From Planctomycetota bacterium (lineage in GTDB: Bacteria > Planctomycetota > UBA1135 > UBA2386), in the NCBI GenBank assembly GCA_016794565.1, contig JAEUHQ010000059.1:16723-80722 (forward strand): DNA of 64,000 bases, in the 5' to 3' direction. The position numbers and the translations under genes are program-made. The notes under the pieces are model-generated. The model did not search any database. It was given only the letters and a program-made list of their open reading frames with translations, and was not told the DNA's origin. This document shows positions 18,314 to 28,633 of the stretch, in pieces (positions within the stretch are counted from its first letter, which is position 1; each line of letters starts with the position of its first letter).

Positions 18314-19510
18314 ATGCCCCTGCGGCCCGTCGTCGTACCGAAGTCGTTCGCGGCTGCTGTCGCGTGCGCGGTCACCGGTTGCGCGACGGACGGTCCGACG
18401 GCGGCGGGAAGCGCGTTCGGTCGGTCCGGCGAATCCTACGTCGCCGCCCCGGCCAACGTTCCGGCGACGGAACCGGCGGCCGAAGCAGCCCGTCCCCGCG
18501 CGTCGGTGGGGGTGGCGGATGCCGGGAAGAGGGCCCTCGACGCTTCGGCAGTCGTGGCGGCGGAGGCGCTTGCCGACGTCGCGGACACGGCGCGGGCCGA
18601 AGAGCGGCGGCTCCGCGAAACGCTTGCGAACGCGCCGGACCCGACGGAGCCGGCGCTGGATCTCGCGGCCTGGCTCTGCGATGCCGAACGGCACGGCGAA
18701 GCGCTCGCCGTCGTGGAGTCGGCACTCCCGCGCACGGCGGATCCTCGGCTGCAGGTCGCGCGCGCCGGGCTCCTCCGGGACGTCGGGCGGCGACGGGACG
18801 CCGCAGCCCTGCTCGCCAGACTCGTGCAGGAACGCGGCGGCGGCGCATTGCACCCAGGCCTGCTGCTGGAGTGGGCCGAACTGGCCTGGGTCGAGGGGGA
18901 CGAGGCGATGGCGAAGTCGGCTCTCGCGAGTCTCGACGCGGCGCATGCCGCCGATCCGTGGTGTGTCGAACACCGAGTGGCGATCGAGGCGGTGCGGACC
19001 GGAGTCGAGCGGAGCCTGCGCCCGGCCCTGTCGATCGACGACCTGCTCGGGGACTTGCGGGGCGCACCCGAGGTGGGCACACGGATCTCGGCGTTCGGCA
19101 TGCTCGCGTCGATCGTGCGTTCCCACGGTGATCAGGCGGCCCGCGACCTGCTGGAACGCGTGGTCGCCATCGCCGTCGCCGACGATGCGGCCGAGGTCCG
19201 GGCGCTCGGGGTCGGGTCGATCCAGCCGGGGCCCGACGCCGAGATGGCCATCGCCGCCGCGTTCGCCGACCCGGCGTCGGCCGTGCGGGTGGCGGCTGCG
19301 GACCGTTCGGTCGCTGGGCTCGGCGCGGCGGGGAAAACGTTGCTGCTGGACCGCCTCGAGGCGGAGTCCGACGTGCAGGTCGGCGCCGCGATCCACCGCG
19401 CGTTGTCGCGTCTCGTACCCGATGGCCCCGCATGGCCCGAAGGCGCCGTGCCGACCCGCGACCTGCTCGCCGACCTCGCGCGGGCGTGGAGAGCACGATG
19501 CGCCCGTTGA
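18314..19510 (+). CDS. lipoprotein with TPR/HEAT-like helical repeats
   Basis: 398 aa. Signal sequence carries a lipobox (AVACAVTGC). The body is Ala/Leu/Arg-rich helical repeats. No specific family recognised. Confidence 0.65.
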   Translation: MPLRPVVVPKSFAAAVACAVTGCATDGPTAAGSAFGRSGESYVAAPANVPATEPAAEAARPRASVGVADAGKRALDASAVVAAEALADVADTARAEERRLRETLANAPDPTEPALDLAAWLCDAERHGEALAVVESALPRTADPRLQVARAGLLRDVGRRRDAAALLARLVQERGGGALHPGLLLEWAELAWVEGDEAMAKSALASLDAAHAADPWCVEHRVAIEAVRTGVERSLRPALSIDDLLGDLRGAPEVGTRISAFGMLASIVRSHGDQAARDLLERVVAIAVADDAAEVRALGVGSIQPGPDAEMAIAAAFADPASAVRVAAADRSVAGLGAAGKTLLLDRLEAESDVQVGAAIHRALSRLVPDGPAWPEGAVPTRDLLADLARAWRARCAR

Positions 19511-20493
19511 TCCTCGTCGCGGGCGGCGCCGGCTACATCGGTTCCCACACGGTGCTGACGCTGCAGGAGCAGGGGTTCGCGGTCGTGGTGCTGGACGACC
19601 TCAGCACGGGACATCGCGACGCCGTCGGCGCGGTGCCGCTGCTGCGCGTCGACCTGCTGGATCGTGCGGCGCTGAACGCAGCGTTCGCCGCGCACCGGTT
19701 CGACGCCGTGGTGCACTTCGCCGCGCGCGCCTACGTGGGGGAATCCGTGCAGAACCCGGCGCTGTACTACCGCAACAACGTCGTCGGGACGCTGAACCTG
19801 CTCGAGGAGATGGAGGGTGCGGGCGTGAAGCGGCTCGTGTTCAGCTCCACCTGCGCGACCTACGGGCAGCCCTCCGAGATCCCGATCCTGGAGTCGTGTC
19901 CTCAGGTACCACTGAGTCCCTACGGCCACACGAAGCTCGCGTGCGAGTTCGCGATGCGGGACTTCGCGGCGGGACACGGGCTCGCGACCGTGGCGCTGCG
20001 CTACTTCAACGCCGCCGGCGCGGATCCCGAGGGTCGGGTCGGGGAGGACCACAGGCCGGAGGCGCACCTGATTCCGCTGGCCCTCGGAGCTGCCGCCGGT
20101 ACTCGCGAGCCGCTGGCGATCTTCGGCAACGACTATCCGACACCCGACGGCACGTGCATTCGCGACTACGTGCACGTCACCGATCTCGCCGATGCCCATG
20201 TGCTGGCGCTGCGCAGCATGCTGGACGGTGCGACGGGATTCCGCGCATTCAACCTCGGCAACGAACGCGGAACCTCGGTCGCCGAGATCGTACGTCTGTG
20301 CGGCAAGGTCACCGGGCGCCCGGTGCCGCATCGCATGGCGCCGCGCCGCGCCGGCGATCCGCCGCTGTTGGTCGGCAGCTCCACGGCGATCGTGCGGGAG
20401 CTCGGCTGGCGCCCGCGCTATTCCGATCCCGAGACGATCGTGGCAACGGCGTGGGCATGGCACCGCAAGCATCCGCATGGCTACTCCGATTGA
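19498..20493 (+). CDS. galE: UDP-glucose 4-epimerase
   Basis: 331 aa from ATG 19498 (MRPLILVAGGAGYIGSH). It has the SDR Rossmann motif and a catalytic S...YGHTK motif. Overall order is typical of GalE. Confidence 0.9.
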   Translation: MRPLILVAGGAGYIGSHTVLTLQEQGFAVVVLDDLSTGHRDAVGAVPLLRVDLLDRAALNAAFAAHRFDAVVHFAARAYVGESVQNPALYYRNNVVGTLNLLEEMEGAGVKRLVFSSTCATYGQPSEIPILESCPQVPLSPYGHTKLACEFAMRDFAAGHGLATVALRYFNAAGADPEGRVGEDHRPEAHLIPLALGAAAGTREPLAIFGNDYPTPDGTCIRDYVHVTDLADAHVLALRSMLDGATGFRAFNLGNERGTSVAEIVRLCGKVTGRPVPHRMAPRRAGDPPLLVGSSTAIVRELGWRPRYSDPETIVATAWAWHRKHPHGYSD

Positions 20494-21697
20494 GTCCTCG
20501 ATCTGCGCGCGCCCTGCGTGTACCCGCGGGCTGCTGCTCGCTGCCGCGTTCGCGCTCTCTGCGTGCTCGGTCGCGGACAACCTGTCGTACGACGAGATCG
20601 TCGCCGAACTCGATGGCATCGTGACGATCAGCGGCGAGGGCGCGGACCGAGCCATCGTTTACGCCGAGAACGCGCCCACGTCGGCGTGGTACATGCGCAT
20701 GTTCTGGCTGCTGCCGATCCGCGCTCCACTCGGCTGGCTCTTCGGCGTGCGCCACTCCGGCCCGATCGAGAACCCTTCCGGGCACGTGCGCGACCTCCTG
20801 ACCGAACTCCCGGACGAACTCGACTCCGACGAGGTCCGCTGCGCGCAGGCGGTGCTGCGTTTCGGCTGGATCGCCGAGCTGGACGCGAACGGCAACAGCC
20901 GGGTCGTGGCGTTCGACGGTCTGGTGGCGGCGGCCGAGCGCATGGGCACTGCCGTGTTCCCGCCCGGGTTCGCCGAGGTCCTTCCGGCAACCGAAGGACC
21001 GGACCTCGCGGCGTTGCGCGCGACGGTCCAGGCGGGCCGGCCGGAGGGCCGGGGCGGGCGGATGCTGTCGGCGGACGAGCGCGAGGCATACCGCGCCGCG
21101 CTCGCCGGCCTGGTGGCCCGGCCGCTCTCGGACTGGAGCCATCGCCTGCTCCTCGTACAGGATCTCGTCGAGATCGTGCGAGCCGAGGGCGAAGGCGACC
21201 TCGCGCTCGTGTGTCGCGATGCGCTGCGGACGGCGGTCGCTTCGTGTGTTCGCGGCGTGTTGACGCGGTCGATCGTGTCGCGCGACCCGCGCCTGGTCGA
21301 AGTGCGCCTCTGCGCCATGGAGCACGTGCGCCGTCTCGGCGGGCCCGAGGTCGTGCCCTGGTTGCTTCTCGTGATGTCGGCGACGCCCGAGCAGATGGCG
21401 CGCGGCGAGCCGCGCTACGATCCGAGCCCGCTCGTGCAATTGCGCCTCGTTCGCTACTGCGGCCAGTTGCAGGGCGTGCTCGCGGAGCGCGAACTGGTGC
21501 TACCGGGCCGCGACAACTGGCAGTCGCTGACGCCCGTCGACTTCCTCGCGCAGACGATCCTGAACGACGAGGGCTTCTACGCGAGGCTGCGGGTGCCGGC
21601 GATGGCGGCTCTCACGCTGTCGCTGGGTCGTCCGACCTTCGATCCCGATCCGGCGTGGGTGCGCGAGTGGTTCCGCGAACGGCGCCGTCGCGCGTGA
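20477..21697 (+). CDS. hypothetical lipoprotein
   Basis: 406 aa from ATG 20477, overlapping the galE 3' end by 17 nt. Lipobox is AFALSAC. No domain recognised. The start is uncertain. Confidence 0.55.
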   Translation: MATPIESSICARPACTRGLLLAAAFALSACSVADNLSYDEIVAELDGIVTISGEGADRAIVYAENAPTSAWYMRMFWLLPIRAPLGWLFGVRHSGPIENPSGHVRDLLTELPDELDSDEVRCAQAVLRFGWIAELDANGNSRVVAFDGLVAAAERMGTAVFPPGFAEVLPATEGPDLAALRATVQAGRPEGRGGRMLSADEREAYRAALAGLVARPLSDWSHRLLLVQDLVEIVRAEGEGDLALVCRDALRTAVASCVRGVLTRSIVSRDPRLVEVRLCAMEHVRRLGGPEVVPWLLLVMSATPEQMARGEPRYDPSPLVQLRLVRYCGQLQGVLAERELVLPGRDNWQSLTPVDFLAQTILNDEGFYARLRVPAMAALTLSLGRPTFDPDPAWVREWFRERRRRA

Positions 21698-21701
21698 AGA
21701 C

Positions 21702-22268
21702 ATGAGACAGCTCTGGATCGACGAACGGATCGCGTACGACGGGTCGCAGCTGCGTGCGCACTGGGTCCTCGACCGATGCGGTATCGCGGGCGACGCAATC
21801 GTCGGGTTTCGGGGGCCGTGCAGCGTGCACGCGTCGGAGATCGCCGACCTCGCGGACATCGACGGGCCCGGCATCGCCGCCGACGACATGGTGCACTTCG
21901 TGTGGGAGTCGTTCACGGCAGCGGACCTGCTGCTCGCGGTGCATCGACAGCGCCTCCTGTCCGCGCAGGCCGTCGAGGTCTTGCACGAACTCGCACCGGC
22001 CGCCATCGTCCGTCGCGACGGCGACGACCTGTGGGTCGGGACCGGCAAACTCTCGATCTCGATCGCCACGGTGTCTCCCGTCAGTTCCCTCGTCCACTTC
22101 GCCGTGAATGCGGCTGCCGGCGGCGCGCCCGTACCCATTGCGCACCTCGCCGAACTCGGGGTCGATGCCGCGATCTTCGGCAAGGCTCTGCTGCAGCGGG
22201 TTGTCGACGAGCAGGCGTCCATCACCGTGGCGCGGGCCAAAGTGCGCGCGAAGGGGGAATGGCGATGA
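21702..22268 (+). CDS. DUF366-like protein
   Basis: 188 aa. The N-terminal block WIDERIAYDGSQLRAHW...GDAIVGFRGPCSV...IADLADI resembles the conserved core of DUF366 as I remember it. Recognition is from memory only. Confidence 0.55.
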   Translation: MRQLWIDERIAYDGSQLRAHWVLDRCGIAGDAIVGFRGPCSVHASEIADLADIDGPGIAADDMVHFVWESFTAADLLLAVHRQRLLSAQAVEVLHELAPAAIVRRDGDDLWVGTGKLSISIATVSPVSSLVHFAVNAAAGGAPVPIAHLAELGVDAAIFGKALLQRVVDEQASITVARAKVRAKGEWR

Positions 22269-23482
22269 GCAAGTCCGTCGCGACGCTTCTGAAGCTGCTC
22301 TTCGTCGTCGGGCTGATGTGGTGGGTGTTCCGCGGCATCCACTTCGAGGACCGCATCTGTCTCTGGAAGGGGCCCGGCGCGGCCCTGGTGCTCGAGCAGG
22401 AGCAGGTCGTCGAGATCGTCGGCCCGTGGAAGGACGACCCGATCCGCTACCGCAGCGCGGGCAGCGAGTCGGAGCGCAGCGTGCGCCGCGGCCTGCAGGA
22501 AGGCGGGCTCACGCTCACCGTCGAGCCCGGGTTCTTCACGTACTGGCACAACCTCGACGGGCTCCTCTTCGCACTCGGCGCGCTGTGCTACTTCCTGACG
22601 GTGCTCATCGCGGGCGCGCGCTGGTGGTGGCTCCTGCGCGTGAACGGCACCGACGTCTCCCTGCGCGAGACGCTGCGCTTCACGTGGATCGGAGTGTTCT
22701 TCAACTCGGTCGTGCCCGGTGCGACCGGGGGCGACTTGATCAAGGCGCTCTACATCATGAAGCGGTGTCCCGGCCACCGCGTGCAGGTACTGGTCTCGGT
22801 GATCGTCGATCGTGTGCTCGGGCTCGCGTCGCTCGCGCTGCTCGGTGCGCTGGTCGTCCTGCTGGACATCGGTTCGTTCCGTGCGGTCGCGATCGGCATC
22901 TGGAGCGTGATCCTCGGTGTCGGTCTGCTCGGTGTCGTCGCGTTCAGCCGTCGGCTGCGCCAGGCGCTCCTCGGGCCGCTGCTCTCGCGTCTGCCGCACG
23001 GACTCAGTCATCGCCTGAAGCTGGTCGATCAGGCGGTTTTCTTCTACCGCGACCACAAGAGCACGATCCTCGCGAGCCTGCTCGCGGGGATTCCGAACCA
23101 CCTGGTCTCGGTCCTCAGCGTCGTGTTGATGGGCAAGGCCCTGGACATCGGGGTTCCGACCTTCGACTACTTCGTGCTGATCCCGGTGATCAACATCGTC
23201 TCGGCGATCCCGATCGGACCGAACGGCTGGGGCGTCGGCGAGACGCTCTACCACAACCTGTTCGGCACCTACTGCGCGAAGTACCTCGTCGGAGTCGCCA
23301 ATGCGGCGGACGCGATGGGTACGCGAGGCGTCGCGCTGTCCGTGCTCTATCGCTTGCACCTGACGCTCTGGTCGCTGCTCGGCGGGCTGTTCGTGTTCTT
23401 CGAGAAGGACCGCGTCACGCGCGCGGACATCGAGACGGAAGTGGCGCTCGAAGAGAAGGACGACGTGGAAGGCGGCTCCTGA
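22259..23482 (+). CDS. UPF0104 / lysylphosphatidylglycerol-synthase-TM-like (flippase-like) membrane protein
   Basis: About 407 aa polytopic protein. Start is ATG 22259 or ATG 22265, the latter as an ATGA overlap with the upstream stop. VVPGATGGDLIKALY is typical of the family. Confidence 0.75.
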   Translation: MAMSKSVATLLKLLFVVGLMWWVFRGIHFEDRICLWKGPGAALVLEQEQVVEIVGPWKDDPIRYRSAGSESERSVRRGLQEGGLTLTVEPGFFTYWHNLDGLLFALGALCYFLTVLIAGARWWWLLRVNGTDVSLRETLRFTWIGVFFNSVVPGATGGDLIKALYIMKRCPGHRVQVLVSVIVDRVLGLASLALLGALVVLLDIGSFRAVAIGIWSVILGVGLLGVVAFSRRLRQALLGPLLSRLPHGLSHRLKLVDQAVFFYRDHKSTILASLLAGIPNHLVSVLSVVLMGKALDIGVPTFDYFVLIPVINIVSAIPIGPNGWGVGETLYHNLFGTYCAKYLVGVANAADAMGTRGVALSVLYRLHLTLWSLLGGLFVFFEKDRVTRADIETEVALEEKDDVEGGS

Positions 23483-23504
23483 CGCGGCTACCTTCCGCCG
23501 CCTC

Positions 23505-24407
23505 ATGTCACTCCTCGTCGTCGGCTCGACTGCGTTCGACACCGTGGAAACGCCCCACGGTACGGCCAAGGACTGCCTCGGCGGTTCGTCGACCTACTTC
23601 AGTCTCGCGGCGCGTCTGTTCACGAAGGTCCGCCTCGTGAGCGTCGTCGGCCAGGACTTCCCGGCCCAGCACCGCAAGCTGCTGGAGGATCGCGGCGTCG
23701 ATCTCGCCGGCGTCGAGACGAAGCCCGGCAAGACGTTCCGCTGGCACGGTCGCTACTCGGCCGACATGAACTCACGCGAGACGCTCGACGTGCAGCTCAA
23801 CACGTTCGGTGACTTCAAGCCGAAGGTGCCGCCCATGTTCAGGAACACGCCGCACGTGTTCCTCGCGAATGGTTCACCCGGCACGCAGCGGTCCGTTCTC
23901 GACCAGATGGACGATCCGCGCTTCTGCGTCGCCGACACGATGGATCTCTGGATCGATCGCGAGAAGGCGGGGCTGCTCGAGCTGATGCGCCACATCGACG
24001 GCCTGATCGTGAACGACAGCGAAGTGAAGATGCTGACCGGCAGGACGAACCTGATCCAGGCCGGCCGGGCAGCGCTGGCGCTCGGCCCCAAGCTCGTCAT
24101 CGTGAAGAAGGGCGAACACGGCTGCTTCGTGTTCTCCGAGCACTTCCACCACGCTCTGCCCGCGTATCCCACCGAAGACGTCGTCGACCCGACCGGGGCG
24201 GGCGACAGTTTCGCAGGCGGGTTCATGGGGTTCCTGTCGACGTGCGAGACGATCACGTCCGCGAACATGAAGCGTGCGGTGGCCTACGGCACGGTGACCG
24301 CGAGCCTCACTGTCGAGGGCTTCGGCGTCGACCGCATCGCAGCGGCCGACCGGCCGTCGGTCGAGCGGCGCTACCAGGAACTGCAGCAGTTCGTCTCCGG
24401 GACCTGA
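23505..24407 (+). CDS. PfkB-family sugar/nucleoside kinase
   Basis: 300 aa. N-terminal LVVGSTAFDTVETP...LGGSSTYFSLAA and the C-terminal PfkB signature DPTGAGDSFAGGFMG are present. Confidence 0.9.
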   Translation: MSLLVVGSTAFDTVETPHGTAKDCLGGSSTYFSLAARLFTKVRLVSVVGQDFPAQHRKLLEDRGVDLAGVETKPGKTFRWHGRYSADMNSRETLDVQLNTFGDFKPKVPPMFRNTPHVFLANGSPGTQRSVLDQMDDPRFCVADTMDLWIDREKAGLLELMRHIDGLIVNDSEVKMLTGRTNLIQAGRAALALGPKLVIVKKGEHGCFVFSEHFHHALPAYPTEDVVDPTGAGDSFAGGFMGFLSTCETITSANMKRAVAYGTVTASLTVEGFGVDRIAAADRPSVERRYQELQQFVSGT

Positions 24408-24459
24408 CCGGGCCGACCGGTGCATCGCCGGCGGGGCACGGCTATCCTCTTCGCCCCCG

Positions 24460-26004
24460 ATGACCTCGCTGCAGAGCTACGTTCGTGGTCAGTGGATCGC
24501 CGGCAGCGGCGATCCGGTGACCCTCCACGACCCCGCCACCGAAGCCGTGCTGGGGGACGTGCGTCCGGGCGGTATCGACCACGCGGTCGCGTTGCACCAC
24601 GCACGGACCGTGGGTGGTCCGGCGCTCCGCGCGATGACGTTCGTGCAGCGGGCCGAGATGCTGAAGGCGATCGCGTCCCTGCTCCACGAACGGCGCGACG
24701 AACTCATCGAGATCTCGGGCCGGAACGGCGGAAACACGCGCGGCGACGCCAAGTTCGACCTCGACGGCGCTTCGGGCACACTCGCCTTCTATGCGCAGCT
24801 CGGCGCGTCTCTGCCGGCGGGAAACGTGCTTCCGGACGGCTCGGGCACGCAGCTCGGCCGCACGCCTCGCTTCTGGGGCCAGCACGTGCTCGTGCCGCGC
24901 CCTGGGGTTGCCGTGCACATCAACGCGTTCAACTTCCCGGCGTGGGGAATGGGCGAGAAGATGGCGTGCGCGCTGCTCGCCGGCGTCCCCGTGATCGAGA
25001 AGGCGGGCACGCCGAGTGCCATGCTCGCGCATCGCATCGCGCAGATCGTGGTCGAGAGCGGGAAGGTGCCGGAGGGCGCGTTCCAGTTCGTCGCCGGGTC
25101 CGTGTCGGGAATGCTCGACCACCTCGGCCCGATGGACACGGTCGCGTTCACCGGCAGTTCGGTGACCGGCGCGCTGATCCGCGGCAACAAGAACCTCGTC
25201 GCGAAGAACGTCCGCGTGAACATCGAAGCGGACTCGATCAATCCCGCGATCCTCGGTCCGGACGTCGAGAGCGGGACGGACACCTTGGAGCAGTTCCTCG
25301 CCAACGTTGCCGTCGACATGACGCAGAAGGCCGGACAGAAGTGCACCGCGGTGCGTCGCATCCTGGTGCCCCAGGCGATGGTGGCCGAGGTGGAAGAGTC
25401 GCTGATCGAACGGCTGCGCGCGGTTCGCATCGGCAACCCCCTCGACGGCGACGTCCGCATGGGGCCGGTGGCGAGCAAGGACCAGCTGCGCGACGTGCGG
25501 GCCGGCATCGATCGGCTCGCGGCAGTCGCCGACGTCCGGCTCGGTGGCTCGGCGCCGATGCAGGACAAAGGCTACTTCGTGTCGCCGACGCTGCTCCGGG
25601 CGCGGGACGCGGGTGCGCCGGTGATCCACGAACTCGAAGTCTTCGGTCCGTGCGCGACGATCGTCCCGTACTCGGGTGAAGTCGCCGCCGCGATCGACCT
25701 GTGCAACCGCGGCGGCGGCGGGCTCGTCGCGAGCGCTTACAGCGACGACCGTTCGTTCGTCGAAGCTCTGGTCGCGGGCATCGCGCCGTGGCACGGCCGT
25801 GTGTGGCTCGGCAGCGAGAAGACGCAGGGCCAGGCGCTCGGTCCGGGGGCCGTGCTCCCGGCGACGATCCACGGGGGGCCGGGGCGCGCCGGCGGCGGCG
25901 AAGAGCTCGGCGGTCTCCGCGGTCTGCATCCGTACCTGCAGCGCACCGCCGTGCAGGGCGACCGCGCGGTCGTCGCGCGATCGTTCGGCCTCGAGACCGG
26001 CTGA
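24460..26004 (+). CDS. PaaZ-N-terminal-type aldehyde dehydrogenase (3,4-dehydroadipyl-CoA semialdehyde dehydrogenase-like), stand-alone
   Basis: 514 aa. It is colinear with the E. coli PaaZ ALDH domain as I recall it. Shared blocks are ALRAMTFVQRAEMLKAIA, GVAVHINAFNFPAWGMGEKMA, KAGQKCTAVRRILVP and HGGPGRAGGGEELGGLRGL..YLQRTAVQG. There is no MaoC/hydratase domain. Confidence 0.88.
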   Translation: MTSLQSYVRGQWIAGSGDPVTLHDPATEAVLGDVRPGGIDHAVALHHARTVGGPALRAMTFVQRAEMLKAIASLLHERRDELIEISGRNGGNTRGDAKFDLDGASGTLAFYAQLGASLPAGNVLPDGSGTQLGRTPRFWGQHVLVPRPGVAVHINAFNFPAWGMGEKMACALLAGVPVIEKAGTPSAMLAHRIAQIVVESGKVPEGAFQFVAGSVSGMLDHLGPMDTVAFTGSSVTGALIRGNKNLVAKNVRVNIEADSINPAILGPDVESGTDTLEQFLANVAVDMTQKAGQKCTAVRRILVPQAMVAEVEESLIERLRAVRIGNPLDGDVRMGPVASKDQLRDVRAGIDRLAAVADVRLGGSAPMQDKGYFVSPTLLRARDAGAPVIHELEVFGPCATIVPYSGEVAAAIDLCNRGGGGLVASAYSDDRSFVEALVAGIAPWHGRVWLGSEKTQGQALGPGAVLPATIHGGPGRAGGGEELGGLRGLHPYLQRTAVQGDRAVVARSFGLETG

Positions 26005-26037
26005 TGCCGTGCGCTGGGCGGCGTCAGGACGGCGCGG

Positions 26038-27695
<1,658 letters not shown>

Positions 27696-27751
27696 TGGGT
27701 GGGACAGGATCGCGAACGCGCTCTCCCCGCGCAAGACGCCCGGGCTCGCGT

Positions 27752-28477
27752 TCAGCGGCCGGGGCGCTGTCGCGGCAGGGGCGGCGGCGGCTCCTCAGGT
27801 TCCGCGGGAGGTTCCATCGCCGGGGGTGTGGTCGCTTCGGCGGGAACTCCGCCTTCGGTCGGCGACACGGCGGGCACAGGAAGGCCGTGGGCGCCCGTCG
27901 GCTCCGTGGCAGTGTCGGCCGGGGCGCCGTGCGATTCGCGCAGGGGACGCAGCGAGAACACGGTGCGGAGGTCGTCGGGAACGGTCTCGCCGAGCCACTC
28001 GATGGCGGTGCGCGACAGGCGCAGCGAGTGCGACGTCTCGGCCGCCTGAGCGAGCTGGCTGCCGCGGAAGAACATGTGCACGACGAACAGGCCGAAGAGC
28101 ACGACGCACGCGCCGGTCGCGACGCCGAGTACGCCGCCGCCGAGCCGATCGAAGAAGCCGAGTCCCGCCTTCTGCGCCAGCTTCTGCACGAACATCGCCA
28201 GGAGGCTCAGCACGATCAGCACGCCGAGGAAGACGAGCACGTAGGCGAGGTAGAGCGTCGTCTCTGGCGTGTCGATCGGCGCCGGGCTGTCGCTGCCACC
28301 GACGGCGGGTGTGCGCGCGAGGAAGGCGCCGACGTCGGCGCCGAAGCGACCGGCCAGCGCGTAGGCGGCGGCGAGGATCGCGATCCGGCTCACCTGCCAG
28401 ATCAGGCCCTTGAAGATCCCGAGCACGAAGAACACCACGAGCACGGCGAGTGCGGTCCGGTCGACCCAGCCGAGCAT
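27752..28477 (-). CDS. cvpA: CvpA-family membrane protein with Pro-rich C-terminal tail
   Basis: 241 aa from ATG 28477 (MLGWVDRTALAVLVVFFVLGIFKGLIWQVS, a typical CvpA N-terminus). It has four TM segments and FFDRLGGGVLGVATG. The track ORF begins 21 codons upstream. Confidence 0.75.
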   Translation of the reverse strand: MLGWVDRTALAVLVVFFVLGIFKGLIWQVSRIAILAAAYALAGRFGADVGAFLARTPAVGGSDSPAPIDTPETTLYLAYVLVFLGVLIVLSLLAMFVQKLAQKAGLGFFDRLGGGVLGVATGACVVLFGLFVVHMFFRGSQLAQAAETSHSLRLSRTAIEWLGETVPDDLRTVFSLRPLRESHGAPADTATEPTGAHGLPVPAVSPTEGGVPAEATTPPAMEPPAEPEEPPPPLPRQRPGR

Positions 28478-28633
28478 CTCCAGCTGCTGGACGACTTCGG
28501 GGGCGGCGACGGGCGCTGGATTCTGCGGGAACGCGAGCACACCGGGATCATGCCACGGACCGCACGGGGTGCCATGAGGGAAAGCCCGCGCGTCGCGTTG
28601 CTTTCGCCGCGGAACGGGGTCACGCTACGCGCG

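Noticed and set aside
15133-19131. Long ORFs 15133..17196 (-), 15780..17519 (+) and 16825..19131 (+)
   Set aside because: All overlap the HEAT-repeat gene and the IMPase gene in other frames or strands. The products are Arg/Pro/Gly-rich with no recognisable domains. The in-frame HEAT gene has a signal peptide, an SD and a repeat structure.
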